Counted from the stretch's first letter, positions 45,547-54,555 are shown. The stretch is DNA of 64,000 nt from Thermoplasmata archaeon (GCA_041476045.1 JBGOSQ010000001.1:8846-72845); one strand, 5' to 3'. Notes: generated by a model from the sequence alone, not told the origin. Translations and numbers: made by a program.

Positions 45547-46176
45547 TTACGGACAGGCCGCCGCGCTGGAGCACTGGTTGAACACGACGTTCACCGAGTT
45601 GATCACCGGCGCGGTGGCCGTACCGAGGTCGACGAACAGGAAGACCGTGATCGCCGATGTCGTGACGACGCCCGTCGTGCCCGTCGCGAGGTAGCCGATC
45701 GCGCTCACCGTGGAGGTTACGACGCCCACCGTGATCGAGATCTGGACCGCGAGATCGAACCCGACGCTGTTGCCAGCGGCGCCCGCCGGTTGCGTGACGG
45801 TCATGACGATCTGCTCGCCGAAGTTGCCCGTCGTCTCCGTCGCGGGGCTCGCGGTGATGAAGTTCGCGAGCGGGCAGGGCCCGGCCGCGCACGTCGAGAG
45901 GGCACGAGGAGTACCGTCGAGACCCGTCGCGCCGACGATCTGCGTTCCACCCGTGAGGGAACCGGTCATTCCCACCGTCAGGACCACGAGCTGCTCCGAC
46001 GTGATCGCCGCAACACCGGCGAAGCCGCCGGGCGAGGGGGTCTGGGTGACGTTCGTCGACTGCTGCGGGCTCAGGGTCGTCACGGTCGTCGCGGCCAAGG
46101 CGTAGCCGCCGATCATGGCGATCATTGCGGCCGTGGTGGCGAGATAGATCGTTCGTTGCCGACGTTTCGTTGTCAT
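45547..46176 (-). CDS. small secreted protein (Sec signal MTTKRRQRTIYLATTAAMIAMIGGYALA), Thr/Gly/Val-rich, C-terminal Cys pair
   Basis: ATG at 46176 preceded by a G-rich RBS; Sec-type signal; paralogous to 44814..45359. Confidence 0.5.
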   Translation of the reverse strand: MTTKRRQRTIYLATTAAMIAMIGGYALAATTVTTLSPQQSTNVTQTPSPGGFAGVAAITSEQLVVLTVGMTGSLTGGTQIVGATGLDGTPRALSTCAAGPCPLANFITASPATETTGNFGEQIVMTVTQPAGAAGNSVGFDLAVQISITVGVVTSTVSAIGYLATGTTGVVTTSAITVFLFVDLGTATAPVINSVNVVFNQCSSAAACP

Positions 46177-46210
46177 AGTTCCGTAGCCCCCCCGGGGAGG
46201 CGAAGGCAAC

Positions 46211-46239
46211 TACGTATCAATACGTATATATCCGTATTG
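46211..46239. promoter_or_regulatory. TATA box embedded in a perfect inverted repeat CAATACG-TATATATC-CGTATTG (plus direct repeat TACGTAT x2)
   Basis: Visible directly in the sequence at 46218..46239; the only such AT palindrome nearby, in the divergent region between the secreted-protein gene and aIF5A. Confidence 0.45.
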
Positions 46240-46277
46240 CCGAAAAAGGGTCCCGCGGGCGATCCGGGCCACCGACG

Positions 46278-46333
46278 CCGGTCGAGGGGGAAACCGTCAC
46301 CGGCCGAGGGGGAAACCGTCACCGGCCGAGGAC
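46278..46333. repeat. 22-bp tandem direct repeat CGGCCGAGGGGGAAACCGTCAC, about 2.5 copies
   Basis: cggtcgagggggaaaccgtcac / cggccgagggggaaaccgtcac / cggccgagga; intergenic, upstream of aIF5A. Confidence 0.6.
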
Positions 46334-46381
46334 AACTCTTATCAAGCCCTCGCCTTCCTCGTCCGCCCGAGGTAAGGCTTC

Positions 46382-46768
46382 ATGGCGTGGACGCAGCAGG
46401 AGGTCCGCGAACTCAAGGAAGGCCGGTACATGCTCATCGAGGAGGAGCCGTGCCGGATCATCAGCATCCAGATGTCCAAACCGGGAAAGCACGGTGAGGC
46501 AAAGGCCCGGATCGATGCGGTGGGGCTGTTCGACGGCTCGAAGCGGAGCGTCGTCTTTCCGGTGAAGCACAAGGTCCAGGTACCGATGATCGGCAAGCGC
46601 ACCGCCCAGATCCTCTCCCTCACGGACGTCGAGGTCCAGCTGATGGACCTCGAAAACTACGAAACCTTCTCGCTCCCCATCGAGGCCGAACTGAAAGGCC
46701 AGCTCACGCCCGGCTCGGAGGTCCAGTACCTCGATGCGATGGGGAAGCGCCGCATCACGCGCGCCTGA
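46382..46768 (+). CDS. eif5a: translation initiation factor 5A
   Basis: Hypusine-loop region SKPGKHGEAK plus an OB domain; GAGGT RBS. Confidence 0.9.
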   Translation: MAWTQQEVRELKEGRYMLIEEEPCRIISIQMSKPGKHGEAKARIDAVGLFDGSKRSVVFPVKHKVQVPMIGKRTAQILSLTDVEVQLMDLENYETFSLPIEAELKGQLTPGSEVQYLDAMGKRRITRA

Positions 46769-47236
46769 CGGCACCGGCTCCCCACGACCGCCGCCCGCGC
46801 TGGGCGACCCATCTATTATATCGTGGGCCCGGCATGAATTCCCGTACGGGCCTCGCCCCGGTGGGCGTCGGGCCTAGTACACGGGGAGGCGCAGGCCACG
46901 ACGGGTTCCGGTGGGCTCGGGTCCCTCCCATCATCGCGCCTCACGAAGATCCTCCAGGAAAAGGCGGAGCTCCTCAAGCGGCAGCGCCAGACCGCCGAGC
47001 AATCGTTCCACGATGCCCAGCTGCGCGCCAAGCTGCTCGCGAAGCTGGGCATCGCGGTCCCGGAGGCCGGGGAACGCGAGTCCGCGATCCTCGCCCTCAT
47101 CAAGAGGACCGACTGGGAGGGCGTCGAGACCCAGGCCAGATCGTTCCTCGAATACCTCCTCAGCTCGACCCTGTCCGGATTCGCGGACCGCCGGAAGGAG
47201 CTCACCGAGCTCGGCAGCCGGCTCGTCCAGAACGGA

Positions 47237-50200
47237 ATGCCGTTCCCCGAAACGTTCGTCGAGACCCTCTCCCTCGCGGTCGAGCCTCCCGGGGACGGGG
47301 ACTGGGGGCCCGCGCTTACCGCCCTCGCCCAGATCCTGGAGATGCTCCGGACCGCCGAGGACGCCTTCGGCGAATCGATCCGGACGCGGGCCCAGGCGCT
47401 CGCCGCCTGGTCGGGTGAATCGGAGGACCGACTCCCGGCCCTCGAGGGTCGACTGCGTACGGCCCTCGAACCGCTACGCGAGGGGGACATCCCGAAGGCG
47501 CTGGGACAGGTCAATGACGCGATCACCCACGAGCTACCGAAGGTGGGAGCGCGCCGCGAGGTCGCCCGGGCCGACGGCACGGCCCTCCTCGGTGCCGCGC
47601 GGGACCTTGGGCTTCCGAACGACGTTCTCGATCGCGCGCTGCGTCTCGACTCGCAGGCAACCCCCATCGACTGGAAGGCGACCGTCGAGGCGGTCGAGTC
47701 GGCGAACAACCAGGTCGGCGAGGCGCTTCGCTCGCGCGTCGCCGCCACGTTGGATTCGCTCCGCGCGACGTTGGAGTCGCTCCGAGAATACGGCGTCGAC
47801 CCCACGGAAGCGCTCGCCCAGATCGGGGAGCTGATGGGAGCCGTTCCCACCGCGCCGCCGAACCAGGTGCCGCGACTGCTCGAGCAGGCGCGCGGGATCA
47901 CCGAAGAGCCCGTGGTCGGGATCGTGGCGAGCCTCATCGACACCGTCCGCCCGCGCCTGGTCGAAGCCCGGCGCTTGGGGCGTGACCCGAGCGAGGTGTT
48001 CGCAACGATGAACCGAGCGCGCGAGGCGCTCCGGCTCAAGATCTACTCCGAGGCGCTCGCCGCGAGCCAGGAAGCGCTCGACCGCGTGAGCAACCTCACC
48101 GCCGACCTGGACTCGGCCCGCGAGGAGGCGGAATCGTTGGGGGAGCTCCTCCGCCGTCTCGAGGGGGCGCGATTCCCGACCGACCGGTTCGCCCAGGCGC
48201 TCCAGAAGATCCGCGACCGTCTCGCGGCCGTCGAGCTCGAGGCGGCCCAGACGCTGCTGCGCGAGACCCTCCGCACGATGGGCCAGGAAGCGGCCCAGTT
48301 CTTTTCCGCCCGGCTCGCGATCGTCGAGTCCGTCCTGCCGTTCGCGCGCGAGCGCGGGTTCCTCCCTCCCGACCTCGAGGACGATCTCGCGACCGTCCGA
48401 CGCCACCTGGACGACGGTCGTATCGCCGACGCGGGCGAACTCCTGAGCGCGCTCGAGGTCCGCCTACGGACCACGGCCCTCCCGTACGTCACGCGACGGA
48501 TCGAGGAGCTCGAGAAGGGGTTCACCGAGATCCCCGACGAGTCGCTCATCACTCCCGTCCGCCGCCTGCTCGCCGACGCCGACGTGAACCTCCACGTGAA
48601 GGAGGACCTCCCCGCATCGGCGGAGAGCCTTCGGCGCGCGGAACGCGAGTTCACCTCGGTCTTCGCCGCCCATGCTTCCGCCATGGTCGAGCTCCTCGAG
48701 GAGGAGCGCCGGACCTTGGAAGCGATGGGCGGGGCGGGCGACGAGATCCAGCGCCAGATCGACGAGGTCCAACAGATCTTCAACATGGGGGATTTCGTCA
48801 AGGCCTCGCGGGCGTCGCAGGAGATCCGGACCCGCGCCCACCAGCAGCAGCTCCTCCGCGGCGAGGATGCCATATCGCACGCCAAGCTCGCTCTCGTCGA
48901 GCTCGGCAAGATGGGCGTCGAGGCGGGGCCGCTCCGCACGACGCTCGAGCAGGCGCTAGAGGCCGCGAAGGGGCAGCGATATTCGGACGCGTACCGGATC
49001 GCTGCGGAAACCCAGGACGCCGCCTTGCGGCTCAAGGCGAAGGCCCAGTCGATCCTCGACGGTCTCGCGGCGGCGAACGAGCTGTTCCAGGAGCTCAAGT
49101 CGGGGGGCGTGACCATCGATGTCCACCGCGACAAGATCCGGCTCGCCCAGGTCGCCTACCAGGCGCTCGATTTCGACGGGGCGAAGGACACGCTCGATGT
49201 CCTGATGGCGCTGATGCGCTCCGAGCTCGCCAACGCGGAAACGCGTCGCCTCATCGCCGAGGCCCGGCTCCTCCGCGAGGACGGCCAGCGCCTCTCGATC
49301 CCGACCGACGCGCTGGCCGCCCGGATTACCGAGGCGCAGAGCGCGCTCGACGACGGCCGTTCGTCCGAGGCGCTCCAGAGCGCGCGCCGCGTCGGAACCG
49401 AGCTCGTCGAGACGCTGCGCCCCGTCCTTGCGGAGAACCTGCGGACCCTCGAGCAGGACCTCGAGGTGGCCCAGTCGGCCGGCCTCGACATCGCGCCGGT
49501 CGTCGAGGTCCTCGGGGAGGCGCGGCGCCGTCTCGGCCTTCCGGTTCCGGTGGGCGTCGCCGAGCTCGTCGAGCGCGCGAGCGCCCAGCTCGTGGAGACC
49601 CGCGGCTTCCTCGAGCACGCCGACCGCGCCCTCAAGCGCGCGGCGGAGGCGTTGAACCAGGGCGAGCTCGTGCGCGCCTCGGTCCCGAACGGACGCGATC
49701 GCCTCGCGGCGGTCGAGACGACCCTCAAGCGGCGCGACTACGCGCGCGCGATCGAGCTCGCCGGCACGCTCGAGCGCGAGATGCTCCAGGTGACCTACCA
49801 GCAGGTGTCGAAGAACCTCGCCGGATTCCAGGGCGTCCTCGTTCGGGCGCGCCAGGCCGGCGGGGACACCGCGATCGCGGAGAACCTTTTGATGCAGGCG
49901 CGCCAGGCGCTCGAGGAGGGTCGTCCCCTCGAGGCGCTCCAGCTCGCCTCCCGTAGCGAGGCCGAACTAGAGCGCGTCGAGCTCCAGCTACGGATCGCCG
50001 AAGGTTCCCTCCGCACGATGCAGGGCAAGCTCGAGTCGGCGGAGAAGGAGGGACTGCAGGCCCGCGTCGCGCGGGAGAAGCTCGCCGAGGCCGAGCAGTC
50101 GTTCCGCGATCACCTCTACCCGATCGTCCTCGAGCTCGCGATCGACGCCTCCGACTCGCTCGCGGTCTCGCGCGAGGGGTTCCGGCGGGCGCGCGAGGCG

Positions 50201-51373
50201 CTCGATTCCGCGGACCGGCAGGTCAAGTCGGCGATGGAGCTCGGCGCAGACGTCGCCGAGGCGATGCCGGTGCTCGAGGCGGCGCGCTCGGCTCAGCAGA
50301 CCGGCGACTATCCCGACGCGACGCGCAAGGGTCGGGAGGTCGCGGAGATGGCGCGGTGGGCGATCGAGCGGCTCTACTCCGGCGCCCTCAGCGATCTGCG
50401 TCACCTGACGGAAACGGCGCGCGCCGCCGGCCTTCCCGACGACGCGGCCGATCCGAGCCGCGGGGTCGAGGAGGTCGAGACCGCGCTCCAGACGCGCGAT
50501 TGGAAGCGCGCGAACGAGCTGCTCCAGTCGGCGCGCGAGTCCACGACGGCCGCGATGACCGCGCGCCTGGACGGTCGGATCGCCGAGATCGAGTCGCTCT
50601 ACGCCGCGATGGGAGCCCCGCCGGAGCCCGAGATCCCGCTGCGGGAGGCGGCGCGGGCCCGGATCGCCGAGGCGCGCACCCGGGGGGCGTTCGCGGAAGC
50701 CCTCGGGGTCCTTCGGGACGAGGAGGCGCGCATCGCCGAGCATCAGCGCACCGACCTGCAGGCGCGGGTCACCGCGCTTCGCGAGCGCCTCTGGATCGGC
50801 GAAAAGCTGGGCGTCGACACGACACCCGTCATGGAGATCTTCAGCGAAGGTCAGCTCGCGCTCCAGTCGGGGAAGCTGGTCGAGGTCCCGGCATTCGTCG
50901 ATCGGGGCGAGGAGCTCCTCCGCTCGCTCGTCGCGACCCGGGTCCCGGAGCGCCTCCGCGAGACCCAGACGGAGCTCGTCTTCGCCCAAGAGGGGCTTCA
51001 CGTCGCGCTCGACGACGTCGCCGACCGTCTCAAGGCCGTCGGCGCGCTCCTCTCGAGCGGCTCCCCTATCGAGGCCGCCCAGCTCGTCCTGACCTCGACC
51101 GAGGAGCTCAACCGACGCAAGGCGCTCCACCGCGAGCTGATGAACCTCCACTATCTCATCGACGCCGCGCTGGGACGCGCGGCGGAGCGCCACGTCGACA
51201 CCGCGGCCGCCCGCCGGCTCCTCGACGAGTCGATCCACGTGCGCGTGACCGACTACGCCCTTGCGCTCGAAAAGGCGCGCGAAGCGCTCCGGCTCCTGCA
51301 GGGACAGCTGCAGGGGACGGAGAGCGTGACGCCCGCGAACTTCTGGCCGTTCCGCAAGGCGCCCGGGGCCTGA
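47237..51373 (+). CDS. giant all-alpha repetitive protein (at least 1378 aa; frame open back to 46838 with no canonical start)
   Basis: Low-complexity, Ala/Leu/Glu/Arg-rich helical repeats (...EALQ.AR....EL...LR...L..L..DLEVAQSAGLD..PVVEVL.EARRRL...). The same frame upstream of 47237 encodes TKILQEKAELLKRQRQTAEQSFHDAQLRAKLL..., a clear coiled coil, yet contains no ATG/GTG/TTG. Confidence 0.6.
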   Translation: MPFPETFVETLSLAVEPPGDGDWGPALTALAQILEMLRTAEDAFGESIRTRAQALAAWSGESEDRLPALEGRLRTALEPLREGDIPKALGQVNDAITHELPKVGARREVARADGTALLGAARDLGLPNDVLDRALRLDSQATPIDWKATVEAVESANNQVGEALRSRVAATLDSLRATLESLREYGVDPTEALAQIGELMGAVPTAPPNQVPRLLEQARGITEEPVVGIVASLIDTVRPRLVEARRLGRDPSEVFATMNRAREALRLKIYSEALAASQEALDRVSNLTADLDSAREEAESLGELLRRLEGARFPTDRFAQALQKIRDRLAAVELEAAQTLLRETLRTMGQEAAQFFSARLAIVESVLPFARERGFLPPDLEDDLATVRRHLDDGRIADAGELLSALEVRLRTTALPYVTRRIEELEKGFTEIPDESLITPVRRLLADADVNLHVKEDLPASAESLRRAEREFTSVFAAHASAMVELLEEERRTLEAMGGAGDEIQRQIDEVQQIFNMGDFVKASRASQEIRTRAHQQQLLRGEDAISHAKLALVELGKMGVEAGPLRTTLEQALEAAKGQRYSDAYRIAAETQDAALRLKAKAQSILDGLAAANELFQELKSGGVTIDVHRDKIRLAQVAYQALDFDGAKDTLDVLMALMRSELANAETRRLIAEARLLREDGQRLSIPTDALAARITEAQSALDDGRSSEALQSARRVGTELVETLRPVLAENLRTLEQDLEVAQSAGLDIAPVVEVLGEARRRLGLPVPVGVAELVERASAQLVETRGFLEHADRALKRAAEALNQGELVRASVPNGRDRLAAVETTLKRRDYARAIELAGTLEREMLQVTYQQVSKNLAGFQGVLVRARQAGGDTAIAENLLMQARQALEEGRPLEALQLASRSEAELERVELQLRIAEGSLRTMQGKLESAEKEGLQARVAREKLAEAEQSFRDHLYPIVLELAIDASDSLAVSREGFRRAREALDSADRQVKSAMELGADVAEAMPVLEAARSAQQTGDYPDATRKGREVAEMARWAIERLYSGALSDLRHLTETARAAGLPDDAADPSRGVEEVETALQTRDWKRANELLQSARESTTAAMTARLDGRIAEIESLYAAMGAPPEPEIPLREAARARIAEARTRGAFAEALGVLRDEEARIAEHQRTDLQARVTALRERLWIGEKLGVDTTPVMEIFSEGQLALQSGKLVEVPAFVDRGEELLRSLVATRVPERLRETQTELVFAQEGLHVALDDVADRLKAVGALLSSGSPIEAAQLVLTSTEELNRRKALHRELMNLHYLIDAALGRAAERHVDTAAARRLLDESIHVRVTDYALALEKAREALRLLQGQLQGTESVTPANFWPFRKAPGA

Positions 51374-51377
51374 GCGC

Positions 51378-51833
51378 TCAGGCCGCGCTGGTACCGGTCC
51401 CGGAGCCCATCGGCGGCAGGCCCGGGACACCGCGCGGCGGACCGAGCTGGAGCCGGTCGTACTCTACGGAGTGCTTCAATCCGCGTCGCCGGAGCATCTG
51501 CGAGATCTGTTCCGTGATCTGGACGATCTCCTGGCAGCGGATCGGCTTCGAGAAGTAGAACTCGGGTCGCCGCGGATCGGTGAGGGGGAAGATGAGCCGC
51601 ATCCCGAACGGGTCGGGCCGGTTGTAGCCCGCGGGCTTCCGGTCGGCACGCAGGTCGCGCAGGTTCTCCTCGAGCAGCACGTCCGGCAGGATCGGCTCGG
51701 TCTCCTTCACGAACGGCCGGTTCGCCTCGAGCACCTTCCGATGGATCTCCGGGTAGACGCGCACGAGGTCCTTGAAGCTCCGACGCCCTTCGAGCAGGAT
51801 GTGGCCGCTGCGGGCCTTGACCGGTGGGGTCAC
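51378..51833 (-). CDS. hypothetical protein
   Basis: 151-aa ORF with a protein-like composition (YPEIHRKVLEANRPFVKETEPILPDVLLEENLRDL); no family recognised. Confidence 0.35.
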   Translation of the reverse strand: MTPPVKARSGHILLEGRRSFKDLVRVYPEIHRKVLEANRPFVKETEPILPDVLLEENLRDLRADRKPAGYNRPDPFGMRLIFPLTDPRRPEFYFSKPIRCQEIVQITEQISQMLRRRGLKHSVEYDRLQLGPPRGVPGLPPMGSGTGTSAA

Positions 51834-53263
51834 AACCGCGCGATATGGCGGACGTATATGGCCGTTGGCGGCGCCGACCGCCCGGGCCCGGGTCGCCCCA
51901 CCTCCCCCGCCTCAGGCCGGGGTCGCTCGCGGGCCATTTAGGTTATGTGAAGCGCCTCGGTGCTGGGTCTGTGACGGAAGGGGCGGAGCGCTCTTCGGAG
52001 GCTCGGACGGGCGGAATCCGCACCCGGATCGACGCGCTCGTCCGCCGGCTGCCGGCGGCGCGGTTGCTCTGGATCCTCCTCGCCGTCCTCGCGACGTACG
52101 GTGTCTGGTTCCTCGGGGCCGGGATTGGGATCGCCACCGCGATCGGTCTCCCCGCGCTCACCGTCGTCGTCGATCTTCTCTTCCAGCGCATCCGTTTCGA
52201 CCGGTTCCGGTTCCCGGACGCCGCGATCGCGACGGGGCTGTTCCTCGCGCTCCTGCTGCCGCCCGTGGTCCCGGCGATCGCCGCGGCGTCGGCCGGGATC
52301 GCGGCGATCACGCTCCGCCATGTTCTTCGACGGCGCGGGCGACCGCTGCTCAACCCGGCGGCCTCGGGCGTGTTCGTCGGCGCCGTTCTCTTCGGGCTCG
52401 CGCCGGCATGGTGGGGCGCGATCAACGAGACCCTCGTCATCGTCCTGGGCATCGTGCTGCTCCTTTGGCAGCGCCGGAGCTGGAGGCTCCCGGTGGTCTT
52501 CCTGGGCGCCTACGCTGGGCTCGCGGTGCTCCAGCGGGTCGTGTTCTCCCTGTCGACGGGGCTCGTGCTCGTCCCGCGGGTCCTCTTCCTTTCCGCCGTC
52601 GATCCCACGGTCCTCTTCTTCGGGTTCTTCATGGTCGCGGAGCCGAGGACGGCGCCCTCGGACCCCGGGACCCAGCCGATCTACGCGATCGTCGTCGCGG
52701 CGTGCGCGGCGATCCTTCCGCTCTTCCTCCCGACGATCTCCTCGCTGGTCGGACTTCTCCTCGGGAACCTGGTCACCCTCGGTCTCCGGTCCGCGACGCC
52801 GAGCGCGTCGGCATCGCGATGGGGGCGTCGGCGCGAGACCGCCTCCCGCCCGCCCGCGAAGTCCCGGCTCTCCGATGCCTCGGTCCGTTGGTCCGTCGCG
52901 CGCCGCGTGACGGCCGGCATCGCCGTCTTCCTCCTGGTGGGAAGCCTCGCCGCCGCGACGTCGAGCTCCTCCACGTCGGGGGGCAGCCTCCTGGGTTCGC
53001 ACCCGATCTCGCACGGCGGGTCCGCCGTCGACGCGGGGCAATGCCAGAACGACAACGGCACCGTCGCGGCGACGACGCTCCAGTCGCTGCACAAGACGCT
53101 CGGCCCGTCGGTCATCCTCTCGTACTCGCCCTCCACCAATCTCGTCGTCTTCTACGACCCCGTGAACGCCGTCACCGTGACCGAGACCGATCTCTACGAG
53201 GACTACGGGTTCGCCGAGTTCAACGGAGATGACTACACCTCGGCCGGCTGCGTTCCGCCGTGA
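51824..53263 (+). CDS. RnfD/NqrB-like polytopic membrane protein with C-terminal extracytoplasmic Cys-containing domain
   Basis: Eight to ten TM helices; FFMVAEPRTAP resembles the RnfD/NqrB FM.TDP.T.P motif. Start ambiguous (GTG 51824, ATG 51845 or GTG 51947). Confidence 0.45.
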   Translation: MGSQPRDMADVYGRWRRRPPGPGSPHLPRLRPGSLAGHLGYVKRLGAGSVTEGAERSSEARTGGIRTRIDALVRRLPAARLLWILLAVLATYGVWFLGAGIGIATAIGLPALTVVVDLLFQRIRFDRFRFPDAAIATGLFLALLLPPVVPAIAAASAGIAAITLRHVLRRRGRPLLNPAASGVFVGAVLFGLAPAWWGAINETLVIVLGIVLLLWQRRSWRLPVVFLGAYAGLAVLQRVVFSLSTGLVLVPRVLFLSAVDPTVLFFGFFMVAEPRTAPSDPGTQPIYAIVVAACAAILPLFLPTISSLVGLLLGNLVTLGLRSATPSASASRWGRRRETASRPPAKSRLSDASVRWSVARRVTAGIAVFLLVGSLAAATSSSSTSGGSLLGSHPISHGGSAVDAGQCQNDNGTVAATTLQSLHKTLGPSVILSYSPSTNLVVFYDPVNAVTVTETDLYEDYGFAEFNGDDYTSAGCVPP

Positions 53264-53320
53264 GAGCGTGGGCGTCGCGCACGAAAGGCTCAAAGAGGGG
53301 GTCGGCTAACCGCCCGTGGC

Positions 53321-53423
53321 GCTCCCGTAGTCTAGTGGTCAAGGATAGAGGCCTCTCGAGCCTCTGACGCGGGTTCAAATCAGCGTGGGAACCACCCCAC
53401 CTCTGAAACTCCCGCCGGGAGCA
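53321..53423 (+). tRNA. tRNA-Glu (anticodon CUC) with 30-nt intron in the T-loop (about 53381..53410)
   Basis: Acceptor GCTCCCG/CGGGAGC (7 bp), D-stem GTCT/GGAT, anticodon stem GAGGC/GCCTC with loop CTCTCGA (U33, CUC), T-stem GCGGG...CCCGC only after removing CAGCGTGGGAACCACCCCACCTCTGAAACT; discriminator A. The spliced length is 73 nt. Confidence 0.75.
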
Positions 53424-53451
53424 CCTCCCCGGACCGGGGCCGGTTGCAGAG

Positions 53452-54279
53452 ATGCCCGCGTACAGGCTGTTGATCGTGTCGGAGCCCGACCCCGTGGCAC
53501 CGCGCGTCGCCGAGCGTTGGGGGACCCCGCCGTCCACCGGTCACTTCGTGGAGGGAACCCCGATCCGTGCCCTCGGGCCGCACGTCGGGATGCTCCGACG
53601 ACCCGGACTTCACATTCATGACGATCACGTTGACCGGCTCCTCCCGGAACCCGCGCGTCCCGGCGGCCTCACGGTCGTGTTCCCATCCGTGCACCGGAGC
53701 GAGAGCGGTCGTCCCTGCTTCACCGCCCATCCGCTCGGGAACCCCGGGGGGGCGGCCGAAGCAGGCGGGCGACCCCGCCACCTGGTCCCGACCGCGCCGC
53801 GGGAGATGACCGCGACGCTGCGCGCGCTGGCCGAGGCCGGCGCGTCGATCGGTCTCGACGCGACGTTCGAGGCCACGCACCACGGCCCGATCCTCGAGGT
53901 TCCGGCGTACTTCGCCGAGATCGGTTTTGGGGATGCCGCAGGTCCCTCCGACGCGGCCCTCGACGTCCTGGCCCGGGTGCTCCTCGAAGTCGAGGAGGAC
54001 CCGCGGGACCGCGTCGCGGTCGGTGCCGGCGGCGGGCACTATGTGCCGCACTTCACCGATCTCGCCCTACGCCGGCACTGGGCGTTCGGGCACCTTCTCT
54101 CGCGGCATGCCCTCGAGGAAGGCGCGGACGGCCTCGTGACCGAGGCCCAACAGAAAACGGCCGGATCGCAAGGGGTTCTCTTCGCGCGAGCCGCCGACGC
54201 CGCGGACCCACGCTGGGCCCGTCCGGGTCCGCGGCTCCGCGATTCCGACGCCCCGCGGCGCGGACCGACGGCGCCCTAG
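53452..54279 (+). CDS. dtdA: D-aminoacyl-tRNA deacylase, archaeal type (DtdA)
   Basis: LLIVSEPDPV... N-terminus and GGGHY motif typical of archaeal DTD2-type deacylases. Confidence 0.65.
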   Translation: MPAYRLLIVSEPDPVAPRVAERWGTPPSTGHFVEGTPIRALGPHVGMLRRPGLHIHDDHVDRLLPEPARPGGLTVVFPSVHRSESGRPCFTAHPLGNPGGAAEAGGRPRHLVPTAPREMTATLRALAEAGASIGLDATFEATHHGPILEVPAYFAEIGFGDAAGPSDAALDVLARVLLEVEEDPRDRVAVGAGGGHYVPHFTDLALRRHWAFGHLLSRHALEEGADGLVTEAQQKTAGSQGVLFARAADAADPRWARPGPRLRDSDAPRRGPTAP

Positions 54280-54533
54280 GCGCTCCGGCGCTTCTCGTTC
54301 TTCTGGAACATGATGGCGCCCGATCGGTAGACCGCCTTTCCCAGCCGCAGGTTCTGGATCGATGCGACGTGCGGCGCCCTCTCGGCCATCATCATCGACT
54401 CGACGACCTGTCGGAAGAGGGCGCTCTGGTTGATCTCGGGGTGACGCGCGAGGAAGGCGTTCTCCTCGTGCGTGATGGTGATATTCTTTCGGAGCATTCC
54501 CTCGAGCGAGGTGTCGCGACGGTTGCCCGGCAT
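54276..54533 (-). CDS. small RHH/AbrB-like DNA-binding protein
   Basis: KNITITHEENAFLARHPEINQSALFRQVVESM is a beta-strand followed by helices, resembling RHH antitoxin/regulators; leaderless with a TATA box at -23. Confidence 0.4.
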   Translation of the reverse strand: MPGNRRDTSLEGMLRKNITITHEENAFLARHPEINQSALFRQVVESMMMAERAPHVASIQNLRLGKAVYRSGAIMFQKNEKRRSA

Positions 54534-54555
54534 GGCGCGGGCTAATCTCTATGCC

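Noticed and set aside
46177-46209. N-terminal extension MPSPPRGGYGT of secreted protein A
   Set aside because: An internal ATG at 46176 has a G-rich RBS and begins a canonical Sec signal; the extension would sit inside the TATA region.
46278-46333. Possible CRISPR array
   Set aside because: Only 2.5 directly abutting copies of a 22-mer with no spacers; classed as a simple tandem repeat.
46816-51430. ORFs 46816..48039(-), 46911..47834(+), 48043..49134(-) and 49988..51430(-) overlapping the giant helical protein
   Set aside because: Alternative frames or antisense; serine/arginine-rich low-complexity translations.
51938-53293. 451-aa minus-strand ORF opposite the RnfD-like membrane gene
   Set aside because: Antisense; the plus strand encodes a coherent polytopic membrane protein.
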